This document shows positions 12,001 to 22,711 of a stretch of DNA of 22,711 nt, piece after piece. Source of the DNA: Utricularia gibba. Its lineage: Eukaryota; Plantae; Magnoliophyta. The stretch spans positions 1 to 22,711 of the forward strand of contig NEEC01000465.1 in NCBI GenBank assembly GCA_002189035.1. Reading direction: 5' to 3'. The notes beneath the pieces were generated by a model. It searched no databases. It had not been told where the DNA came from and was given only the letters and a program-made list of their open reading frames with translations. A program made the position numbers and the translations under genes. How positions within the stretch are numbered: the stretch's first letter is position 1; each line of letters starts with the position of its first letter.

Positions 12001-15000
12001 GCCTTCTATTAGCCTTCAGATGTGCCACAAAGTGGCCACCACGTTCGCGACGATGCGACTTGGAACACCAAAATCGACGATTGTGATTTTCGGCTTGCAA
12101 AACATCTGCGTTTTTTGGGTGATGTGAAATATGGGTTTTCGAGGCGATCTTTGCACATGCTTAGGGTGTGTCCCTACGAAGCCTCATGGTTTCCTCGCAC
12201 ACCGTTCGGCATCTCGTCGATATCCTGAAGACCGTGATGAGTCACGCTGCGCCCGGCATACCGTTTCGAAGCTCGTTCCGAGCCGGTCATCTTCCGTGTT
12301 TAAAGCTTCTTCGTCCGAGGATGCATCAGCTCGAATTATCGCCTTCTATTAGCCTTCAGATGCCACAAAGTGGCCACCACGTTCGCGACGATGCGACTTG
12401 GAACACCAAAATCGACGCGATTGTGATTTTCGGCTTGCAAAACATCTGCGTTTTTTTCGGGTGATGTGAAATATGGGTTTTCGAGGCGATCTTTGCACAT
12501 GCTTAGGGTGTGTCCCTACCCGAAGCCTCATGGTTTCCTCGCACACCGTTCGGCATCTCGTCGATATCCTGAAGACCGTGATGAGTCACGCTGCGCCCGG
12601 AATACCGTTTCGAAGCTCGTTCCGAGCCGGTCATCTTCCGTGTTGAAAGCTTCTTCGTCCGAGGATGCATCAGAGCTCGAATTATCGCCTTCTATTAGCC
12701 TTCAGATGTGCCACAAAGTGGCCACCACGTTCGCGACGATGCGACTTGGAACACCAAAATCGACGCGATTGTAATTTTCGGCTTGCAAAACATCTGCGTT
12801 TTTTCGGGTGATGTGAAATATGGGTTTTCGAGGCGATCTTTGCACATGCTTAGGGTGTGTCCCTACCGAAGCCTCATGGTTTCCTCGCACACCGTTCGGC
12901 ATCTCGTCGATATCCTGAAGACCGTGATGAGTCACGCTGCGCCCGGAATACCGTTTCGAAGCTCGTTCCGAGCCGGTCATCTTCCGTGTTGAAGCTTCTT
13001 CGTCCGAGGATGCATCAGAGCTCGAATTATCGCCTTATATTAGCCTTCAGATGTGCCACAAAGTGGCCACCACGTTCGCGACGATGCGACTTGGAACACC
13101 AAAATCGACGTGATTGTAATTTTCGGCTTGCAAAACATCTGCGTTTTTTCGGGTGATGTGAAATATGGGTTTTCGAGGCGATCTTTGCACATGCTTAGGG
13201 TGTGTCCCTACCGAAGCCTCATGGTTTCCTCGCACACCGTTCGGCATCTCGTCGATATCCTGAAGACCGTGATGAGTCACGCTGCGCCCGGAATACCGTT
13301 TCGAAGCTCGTTCCGAGCCGGTCATCTTCCGTGTTAAAGCTTCTTCGTCCGAGGATGCATCAGAGCTCGAATTATCGCCTTCTATTAGCCTTCAGATGTG
13401 CCACAAAGTGGCCACCACGTTCGCGACGATGCGACTTGGAACACCAAAATCGACGCGATTGTGATTTTCGGCTTGCAAAACATCTGCGTTTTTTTGGGTG
13501 ATGTGAAATATGGGTTTTCGAGGCGATCTTTGCACATGCTTAGGTGTGTCCCTACCCGAAGCCTCATGGTTTCCTCGCACACCGTTCGGCATCTCGTCGA
13601 TATCCTGAAGACCGTGATGAGTCACGCTGCGCCCGGAATACCGTTTCGAAGCTCGTTCCGAGCCGGTCATCTTCCGTGTTGAAAGCTTCTTCGTCCGAGG
13701 ATGCATCAGAGCTCGAATTATCGCCTTCTATTAGCCTTCAGATGTGCCACAAAGTGGCCACCACGTTCGCGACGATGCGACTTGGAACACCAAAATCGAC
13801 GATTGTGATTTTCGGCTTGCAAAACATCTGCGTTTTTTGGGTGATGTGAAATATGGGTTTTCGAGGCGATCTTTGCACATGCTTAGGGTGTGTCCCTACC
13901 GAAGCCTCATGGTTTCCTCGCACACCGTTCGGCATCTCGTCGATATCCTGAAGACCGTGATGAGTCACGCTGCGCCCGGAATACCGTTTCGAAGCTCGTT
14001 CCGAGCCGGTCATCTTCCGTGTTGAAGCTTCTTCGTCCGAGGATGCATAAGAGCTCGAATTATCGCCTTCTATTAGCCTTCAGATGTGCCACAAAGTGGC
14101 CACCACGTTCGCGACGATGCGACTTGAACACCAAATCGACGTGATTGTAATTTTCGGCTTGCAAAACATCTGCGTTTTTTCGGGTGATGTGAAATATGGG
14201 TTTTCGAGGCGATCTTTGCACATGCTTAGGGTGTGTCCCTACCGGAAGCCTCATGGTTTCCTCGCACACCGTTCGGCATCTCGTCGATATCCTGAAGACC
14301 GTGATGAGTCACGCTGCGCCCGGAATACCGTTTCGAAGCTCGTTCCGAGCCGGTCATCTTCCGTGTTGAAGCTTCTTCGTCCGAGATGCATCAGAGCTCG
14401 AATTATCGCCTTATATTAGCCTTCAGATGTGCCACAAAGTGGCCACCACGTTCGCGACGATGCGACTTGAACACCAAAATCGACGTGATTGTAATTTTCG
14501 GCTTGCAAAACATCTGCGTTTTTTCGGGTGATGTGAAATATGGGTTTTCGAGGCGATCTTTGCACATGCTTAGGGTGTGTCCCTACCGAAGCCTCATGGT
14601 TTCCTCGCACACCGTTCGGCATCTCGTCGATATCCTGAAGACCGTGATGAGTCACGCTGCGCCCGGAATACCGTTTCGAAGCTCGTTCCGAGCCGGTCAT
14701 CTTCCGTGTTGAAGCTTCTTCGTCCGAGGATGCATCAGAGCTCGAATTATCGCCTTATTAGCCTTCAGATGTGCCACAAAGTGGCCACCACGTTCGCGAC
14801 GATGCGACTTGGAACACCAAAATCGACGTGATTGTAATTTTCGGCTTGCAAAACATCTGCGTTTTTTGGGTGATGTGAAATATGGTTTTCGAGGCGATCT
14901 TGCACATGCTTAGGGTGTGTCCCTACCGAAGCCTCATGGTTTCCTCGCACACCGTTCGGCATCTCGTCGATATCCTGAAGACCGTGATGAGTCACGCTGC

Positions 15001-18000
15001 GCCCGGAATACCGTTTCGAAGCTCGTTCCGAGCCGGTCATCTTCCGTGTTGAAGCTTCTTCGTCCGAGGATGCATCAGAGCTCGAATTATCGCCTTCTAT
15101 TAGCCTTCAGATGCGCCACAAAGTGGCCACCACGTTCGCGACGATGCGACTTGGAACACCAAAATCGAGATTGTGATTTTCGGCTTGCAAAACATCTGCG
15201 TTTTTTCGGGTGATGTGAAATATGGGTTTTCGAGGCGATCTTTGCACATGCTTAGGGTGTGTCCCTACCCGAAGCCTCATGGTTTCCTCGCACACCGTTC
15301 GGCATCTCGTCGATATCCTGAAGACCGTGATGAGTCACGCTGCGCCCGGATACCGTTTCGAAGCTCGTTCCGAGCCGGTCATCTTCCGTGTTTGAAAGCT
15401 TCTTCGTCCGAGGATGCATCAGAGCTCGAATTATCGCCTTCTATTAGCCTTCAGATGTGCCACAAAGTGGCCACCACGTTCGCGACGATGCGACTTGGAA
15501 CACCAAAATCGACGTGATTGTGATTTTCGGCTTGCAAAACATCTGCGTTTTTTCGGGTGATGTGAAATATGGGTTTTCGAGGCGATCTTTGCACATGCTT
15601 AGGGTGTGTCCCTACCGAAGCCTCATGGTTTCCTCGCACACCGTTCGGCATCTCGTCGATATCCTGAAGACCGTGATGAGTCACGCTGCGCCCGGAATAC
15701 CGTTTCGAAGCTCGTTCCGAGCCGGTCATCTTCCGTGTTGAAAGCTTCTTCGTCCGAGGATGCATCAGAGCTCGAATTATCGCCTTCTATTAGCCTTCAG
15801 ATGTGCCACAAAGTGGCCACCACGTTCGCGACGATGCGACTTGAACACCAAAATCGACGTGATTGTAATTTTCGGCTTGCAAAACATCTGCGTTTTTTCG
15901 GGTGATGTGAAATATGGGTTTTCGAGGCGATCTTTGCACATGCTTAGGGTGTGTCCCTACCGAAGCCTCATGGTTTCCTCGCACACCGTTCGGCATCTCG
16001 TCGATATCCTGAAGACCGTGATGAGTCACGCTGCGCCCGGAATACCGTTTCGAAGCTCGTTCCGAGCCGGTCATCTTCCGTGTTGAATGCTTCTTCGTCC
16101 GAGGATGCATCAGAGCTCGAATTATCGCCTTCTATTAGCCTTCAGATGTGCCACAAAGTGGCCACCACGTTCGCGACGATGCGACTTGAACACAAAATCG
16201 ACGTGATTGTAATTTTCGGCTTGCAAAACATCTGCGTTTTTTGGTGATGTGAAATATGGGTTTTCGAGGCGATCTTTGCACATGCTTAGGGTGTGTCCCT
16301 ACCCGAAGCCTCATGGTTTCCTCGCACACCGTTCCATCTCGTCGATATCCTGAAGACCGTGATGAGTCACGCTGCGCCCGGATACCGTTTCGAAGCTCGT
16401 TCCGAGCCGGTCATCTTCCGTGTTGAAAGCTTCTTCGTCCGAGGATGCATCAGAGCTCGAATTATCGCCTTCTATTAGCCTTCAGATGTGCCACAAAGTG
16501 GCCACCACGTTCGCGACGATGCGACTTGGAACACCAAAATCGACGCGATTGTTTTCGGCTTGCAAAACATCTGCGTTTTTTCGGGTGATGTGAAATATGG
16601 GTTTTCGAGGCGATCTTTGCACATGCTTAGGGTGTGTCCCTACCGAAGCCTCATGGTTTCCTCGCACACCGTTCGGCATCTCGTCGATATCCTGAAGACC
16701 GTGATGAGTCACGCTGCGCCCGGAATACCGTTTCGAAGCTCGTTCCGAGCCGGTCATCTTCCGTGTTGAAGCTTCTTCGTCCGAGGATGCATCAGAGCTC
16801 GAATTATCGCCTTATATTAGCCTTCAGATGTGCCACAAAGTGGCCACCACGTTCGCGACGATGCGACTTGGAACACCAAAATCGACGTGATTGTAATTTT
16901 CGGCTTGCAAAACATCTGCGTTTTTTTCGGTGATGTGAAATATGGGTTTTCGAGGCGATCTTTGCACATGCTTAGGGTGTGTCCCTACCCGAAGCCTCAT
17001 GGTTTCCTCGCACACCGTTCGGCATCTCGTCGATATCCTGAAGACCGTGATGAGTCACGCTGCGCCCGGCATACCGTTTCGAAGCTCGTTCCGAGCCGGT
17101 CATCTTCCGTGTTTAAAGCTTCTTCGTCCGAGGATGCATCAGAGCTCGAATTATCGCCTTCTTAGCCTTCAGATGTGCCACAAGTGGCCACCACGTTCGC
17201 GACGATGCGACTTGGAACACCAAAATCGACGCGATTGTGATTTTCGGCTTGCAAAACATCTGCGTTTTTTCGGGTGATGTGAAATATGGGTTTTCGAGGC
17301 GATCTTTGCACATGCTTAGGGTGTGTCCCTACCCGAAGCCTCATGGTTTCCTCGCACACCGTTCGGCATCTCGTCGATATCCTGAAGACCGTGATGAGTC
17401 ACGCTGCGCCCATACCGTTTCGAAGCTCGTTCCGAGCCGGTCATCTTCCGTGTTGAAAGCTTCTTCGTCCGAGGATGCATCAGAGCTCGAATTATCGCCT
17501 TCTATTAGCCTTCAGATGTGCACAAAGTGGCCACCACGTTCGCGACGATGCGACTTGGAACACCAAAATCGACGTGATTGTAATTTTCGGCTTGCAAAAC
17601 ATCTGCGTTTTTTCGGGTGATGTGAAATATGGGTTTTCGAGGCGATCTTTGCACATGCTTAGGGTGTGTCCCTACCGAAGCCTCATGGTTTCCTCGCACA
17701 CCGTTCGGCATCTCGTCGATATCCTGAAGACCGTGATGAGTCACGCTGCGCCCGGAATACCGTTTCGAAGCTCGTTCCGAGCCGGTCATCTTCCGTGTTT
17801 GAAAGCTTCTTCGTCCGAGGATGCATCAGAGCTCGAATTATCGCCTTCTATTAGCCTTCAGATGTGCCACAAAGTGGCCACCACGTTCGCGACGATGCGA
17901 CTTGGAACACCAAAATCGACGCGATTGTGATTTTCGGCTTGCAAAACATCTGCGTTTTTTCGGTGATGTGAAATATGGTTTTCGAGGCGATCTTTGCACA

Positions 18001-21000
18001 TGCTTAGGGTGTGTCCCTACCGAAGCCTCATGGTTTCCTCGCACACCGCTCGGCATCTCGTCGATATCCTGAAGACCGTGATGAGTCACGCTGCGCCCGG
18101 AATACCGTTTCGAAGCTCGTTCCGAGCCAGTCATCTTCCGTGTTGAATGCTTCTTCGTCCGAGAATGCATAAGAGCTCGAATTATCGCCTTCTATTAGCC
18201 TTCAGATGTGCCACAAAGTGGCCACCACGTTCGCGACGATGCGACTTGCACCAAAATCGACGTGATTGTAATTTTCGGCTTGCAAAACATCTGCGTTTTT
18301 TCGGGTGATGTGAAATATGGGTTTTCGAGGCGATCTTTGCACATGCTTAGGGTGTGTCCTACCGAAGCCTCATGGTTTCCTCGCACACCGTTCGGCATCT
18401 CGTCGATATCCTGAAGACCGTGATGAGTCACGCTGCGCCCAATACCGTTTCGAAGCTCGTTCCGAGCCGGTCATCTTCCGTGTTGAAAGCTTCTTCGTCC
18501 GAGGATGCATAAGAGCTCGAATTATCGCCTTATAGCCTTCAGATGTGCCACAAAGTGGCCACCACGTTCGCGACGACGATGCGACTTGGAACACCAAAAT
18601 CGACGTGATTGTAATTTTCGGCTTGCAAAACATCTGCGTTTTTTCGGGTGATGTGAAATATGGGTTTTCGAGGCGATCTTTGCACATGCTTAGGGTGTGT
18701 CCCTACCGAAGCCTCATGGTTTCCTCGGCGCACACGTTCGGCATCTCGTCGATATCCTGAAGACCGTGATGAGTCACGCTGCGCCCGGAATACCGTTTCG
18801 AAGCTCGTTCCGAGCCGGTCATCTTCCGTGTTGAAAGCTTCTTCGTCCGAGGATGCATCAGAGCTCGAATTATCGCCTTCTATTAGCCTTCAGATGTGCC
18901 ACAAAGTGGCCACCACGTTCGCGACGATGCGACTTGGAACACCAAAATCGACGCGATTGTAATTTTCGGCTTGCAAAACATCTGCGTTTTTTCGGGTGAT
19001 GTGAAATATGGGTTTTCGAGGCGATCTTTGCACATGCTTAGGGTGTGTCCCTACCGAAGCCTCATGGTTTCCTCGCACACCGTTCGGCATCTCGTCGATA
19101 TCTGAAGACCGTGATGAGTCACGCTGCGCCCGGAATACCGTTTCGAAGCTCGTTCCGAGCCGGTCATCTTCCGTGTTGAATGCTTCTTCGTCCGAGGATG
19201 CATCAGAGCTCGAATTATCGCCTTCTATTAGCCTTCAGATGTGCCACAAAGTGGCCACCACGTTCGCGACGATGCGACTTGGAACACCAAAATCGACGTG
19301 ATTGTAATTTTCGGCTTGCAAAACATCTGCGTTTTTTTCGGGTGATGTGAAATATGGGTTTTCGAGGCGATCTTTGCACATGCTTAGGGTGTGTCCCTAC
19401 CGAAGCCTCATGGTTTCCTCGCACACCCGTTCGGCATCTCGTCGATATCCTGAAGACCGTGATGAGTCACGCTGCGAATACCGTTTTGAAGCTCGTTCGA
19501 GCCGGTCATCTTCCGTGTTGAAAGCTTCTTCGTCCGAGGATGCATAGAGCTCGAATTATCGCCTTCTATTAGCCTTCAGATGTGCCACAAAGTGGCCACC
19601 ACGTTCGCGACGATGCGACTTGGAACACCAAATCGACGTGATTGTAATTTTCGGCTTGCAAAACATCTGCGTTTTTTCGGGTGATGTGAAATATGGGTTT
19701 TCGAGGCGATCTTTGCACATGCTTAGGGTGTGTCCTACCCGAAGCCTCATGGTTTCCTCGCACACCGTTCGGCATCTCGTCGATATCCTGAAGACCGTGA
19801 TGAGTCACGCTGCGCCCGGAATACCGTTTCGAAGCTCGTTCCGAGCCGGTCATCTTCCGTGTTTAATGCTTCTTCGTCCGAGGATGCATCAGAGCTCGAA
19901 TTATCGCCTTCTATTAGCCTTCAGATGTGCCACAAAGTGGCCACCACGTTCGCGACGATGCGACTTGGAACACCAAAATCGACGTGATTGTAATTTTCGG
20001 CTTGCAAAACATCTGCGTTTTTTCGGGTGATGTGAAATATGGGTTTTCGAGGCGATCTTTGCACATGCTTAGGGTGTGTCCCTACCGAAGCCTCATGGTT
20101 TCCTCGCACACCGTTCGGCATCTCGTCGATATCCTGAAGACCGTGATGAGTCACGCTGCGCCCGGAATACCGTTTCGAAGCTCGTTCCGAGCCGTCATCT
20201 TCCGTGTTGAATGCTTCTTCGTCCGAGGATGCATCAAGAGCTCGAATTATCGCCTTATATTAGCCTTCAGATGCGCACAAAGTGGCCACCACGCGACGAT
20301 GCGACTTGGAACACCAAAATCGACGTGATTGTAATTTTCGGCTTGCAAAACATCTGCGTTTTTTTCGGGTGATGTGAAATATGGGTTTTCGAGGCGATCT
20401 TTGCACATGCTTAGGGTGTGTCCCTACTCGAAGCCTCATGGTTTCCTCGCACACCGTTCGGCATCTCGTCGATATCCTGAAGACCGTGATGAGTCACGCT
20501 GCGCCCGAATACCGTTTCGAAGCTCGTTCCGAGCCGGTCATCTTCCGTGTTGAAAGCTTCTTCGTCCGAGGATGCATCAGAGCTCGAATTATCGCCTTAT
20601 ATTAGCCTTCAGATGTGCCACAAAGTGGCCACCACGTTCGCGACGATGCGACTTGGAACACCAAAATCGACGTGATTGTGATTTTCGGCTTGCAAAACAT
20701 CTGCGTTTTTTCGGGTGATGTGAAATATGGGTTTTCGAGGCGATCTTTGCACATGCTTAGGGTGTGTCCCTACTGAAGCCTCATGGTTTCCTCGCACACC
20801 GTTCGGCATCTCGTCGATATCCTGAAGACCGTGATGAGTCACGCTGCGCCCGGCATACCGTTTCGAAGCTCGTTCCGAGCCGGTCATCTTCCGTGTTGAA
20901 AGCTTCTTCGTCCGAGGATGCATCAGAGCTCGAATTATCGCCTTCTATTAGCCTTCAGATGTGCCACAAAGTGGCCACCACGTTCGCGACGATGCGACTT

Positions 21001-22711
21001 GGAACACCAAAAATCGACGATTGTAATTTTCGGCTTGCAAAACATCTGCGTTTTTTCGGGTGATGTGAAATATGGGTTTTCGAGGCGATCTTTGCACATG
21101 CTTAGGGTGTGTCCCTACCCGAAGCCTCATGGTTTCCTCGCACACCGTTCGGCATCTCGTCGATATCCTGAAGACCGTGATGAGTCACGCTGCGCCCGGA
21201 ATACCGTTTCGAAGCTCGTTCCGAGCCGTCATCTTCCGTGTTGAAAGCTTCTTCGTCCGAGGATGCATCAGAGCTCGAATTATCGCCTTCTATTAGCCTT
21301 CAGATGCGCCACAAAGTGGCCACCACGTTCGCGACGATGCGACTTGGAACACCAAAAATCGACGCGATTGTAATTTTCGGCTTGCAAAACATCTGCGTTT
21401 TTTCGGGTGATGTGAAATATGGGTTTTCGAGGCGATCTTTGCACATGCTTAGGGTGTGTCCCTACCGAAGCCTCATGGTTTCCTCGCACACCGTCGGCAT
21501 CTCGTCGATATCCTGAAGACCGTGATGAGTCACGCTGCGCCCGGAATACCGTTTCGAAGCTCGTTCCGAGCCGGTCATCTTCCGTGTTGAAAGCTTCTTC
21601 GTCCGAGGATGCATCAGAGCTCGAATTATCGCCTTCTATTAGCCTTCAGATGTGCCACAAAAGTGGCCACCACGTTCACGATGCGACTTGGAACACCAAA
21701 TCGACGTGATTGTAATTTTCGGCTTGCAAAACATCTGCGTTTTTTCGGGTGATGTGAAATATGGGTTTTCGAGGCGATCTTTGCACATGCTTAGGGTGTG
21801 TCCCTACTCGAAGCCTCATGGTTTCCTCGCACACCGTTCGGCATCTCGTCGATATCCTGAAGACCGTGATGAGTCACGCTGCGCCCGGAATACCGTTTCG
21901 AAGCTCGTTCCGAGCCGGTCATCTTCCGTGTTGAATGCTTCTTCGTCCGAGGATGCATCAGAGCTCGAATTATCGCCTTATATTAGCCTTCAGATGTGCC
22001 ACAAAGTGGCCACCACGTTCGCGACGATGCGACTTGGAACACCAAAATCGACGATTGTAATTTTCGGCTTGCAAAACATCTGCGTTTTTTTGGGTGATGT
22101 GAAATATGGGTTTTCGAGGCGATCTTTGCACATGCTTAGGGTGTGTCCCTACCCGAAGCCTCATGGTTTCCTCGCACACCGTTCGGCATCTCGTCGATAT
22201 CCTGAAGACCGTGATGAGTCACGCTGCGCCCGGCAATACCGTTTCGAAGCTCGTTCCGAGCCGGTCATCTTCCGTGTTGAAAGCTTCTTCGTCCGAGGAT
22301 GCATAAGAGCTCGAATTATCGCCTTATATTAGCCTTCAGATGTGCCACAAAGTGGCCACCACGTTCGCGACGATGCGACTTGGAACACCAAAATCGACGC
22401 GATTGTATTTTCGGCTTGCAAAACATCTGCGTTTTTTCGGGTGATGTGAAATATGGGTTTTCGAGGCGATCTTTGCACATGCTTAGGGTGTGTCCCTACC
22501 GAAGCCTCATGGTTTCCTCGCACACCGTTCGGCATCTCGTCGATATCCTGAAGACCGTGATGAGTCACGCTGCGCCCGGAATACCGTTTCGAAGCTCGTT
22601 CCGAGCCGGTCATCTTCCGTGTTGAAAGCTTCTTCGTCCGAGGATGCATAAGAGCTCGAATTATCGCCTTATTAGCCTTCAGATGTGCCACAAAGTGGCC
22701 ACCACGTTCGC
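1..22711. repeat. Tandem satellite-type array, ~345-347 bp monomer, 66 full copies + partial, single orientation, extends beyond both window edges
   Basis: The anchor TG(T/C)GCCACAAAGTGGCCACCACGTTCGCG recurs at 1, 345, 688, 1031, 1377, 1721, 2067, 2413, 2758, 3103 ... 21651, 21995, 22341, 22684. The sequence between anchors is always the same monomer. I found no unique spacer, inversion or insertion. Calling it a repeat is direct observation; calling it a satellite is inference from monomer length, copy number and haplotype structure. Confidence 0.97.
2758..3102 (+). repeat. Representative monomer (unit 9, 345 bp)
   Basis: A relatively clean copy running from TGTGCCACAAAG to TTAGCCTTCAGA. 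The hand-built consensus across copies is 347 bp when the longer alleles are taken (TTGGAAC, TACCCG, GTTGAAAG), with 180/347 G+C. Each monomer has one HindIII (AAGCTT), SacI (GAGCTC), EcoRV (GATATC), NsiI (ATGCAT), NruI (TCGCGA) and BstBI (TTCGAA) site, so digests should give a ~345-bp ladder. Confidence 0.9.

Noticed and set aside
345-22340. Regular 7-monomer higher-order repeat (C-containing variants at the GGAATACC site in units 2, 23, 30, 51, 65)
   Set aside because: Several of these calls are ambiguous, units 9, 16, 37, 44 and 58 lack the allele, and other variant sites show no 7-unit periodicity. It is likely a multiple-testing coincidence.
105-22691. The many ORFs of 60-264 aa in the six-frame track
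   Set aside because: All are translations of the same monomer. Their boundaries depend on indels, every frame of the consensus contains stops, and I see no recognisable domain. Longer ones (e.g. 1722-2516, 7556-8182, 21652-22332) arise from frameshifts that skip stops.
1-22711. CRISPR array
   Set aside because: There are no unique spacers. The entire ~345-bp unit is repeated, and no cas genes are present.

Overview
The whole 22,711-bp window is one uninterrupted head-to-tail tandem array. By hand count it holds 66 complete monomers plus 28 bp of a 67th. Observed unit lengths are 337-351 bp (mean about 344), the best consensus is about 346-347 bp, and GC is about 52%. All units have the same orientation, and the array runs off both ends. 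I find no credible gene, RNA gene, CRISPR array or mobile element. Every ORF in the track is a re-translation of the same monomer, with frames shuffled by indels. Variation has two layers. The first is scattered 1-6 bp indels and homopolymer length noise, typical of a raw or poorly polished long read. The second is about 10 recurrent substitution sites that form linked haplotypes and change frequency along the array. The second layer favours a genuine chromosomal satellite DNA (probably eukaryotic) over a rolling-circle copy of a single template. I do not recognise the family or the organism. I see no evidence for a new gene system here; any novelty lies in the satellite itself.
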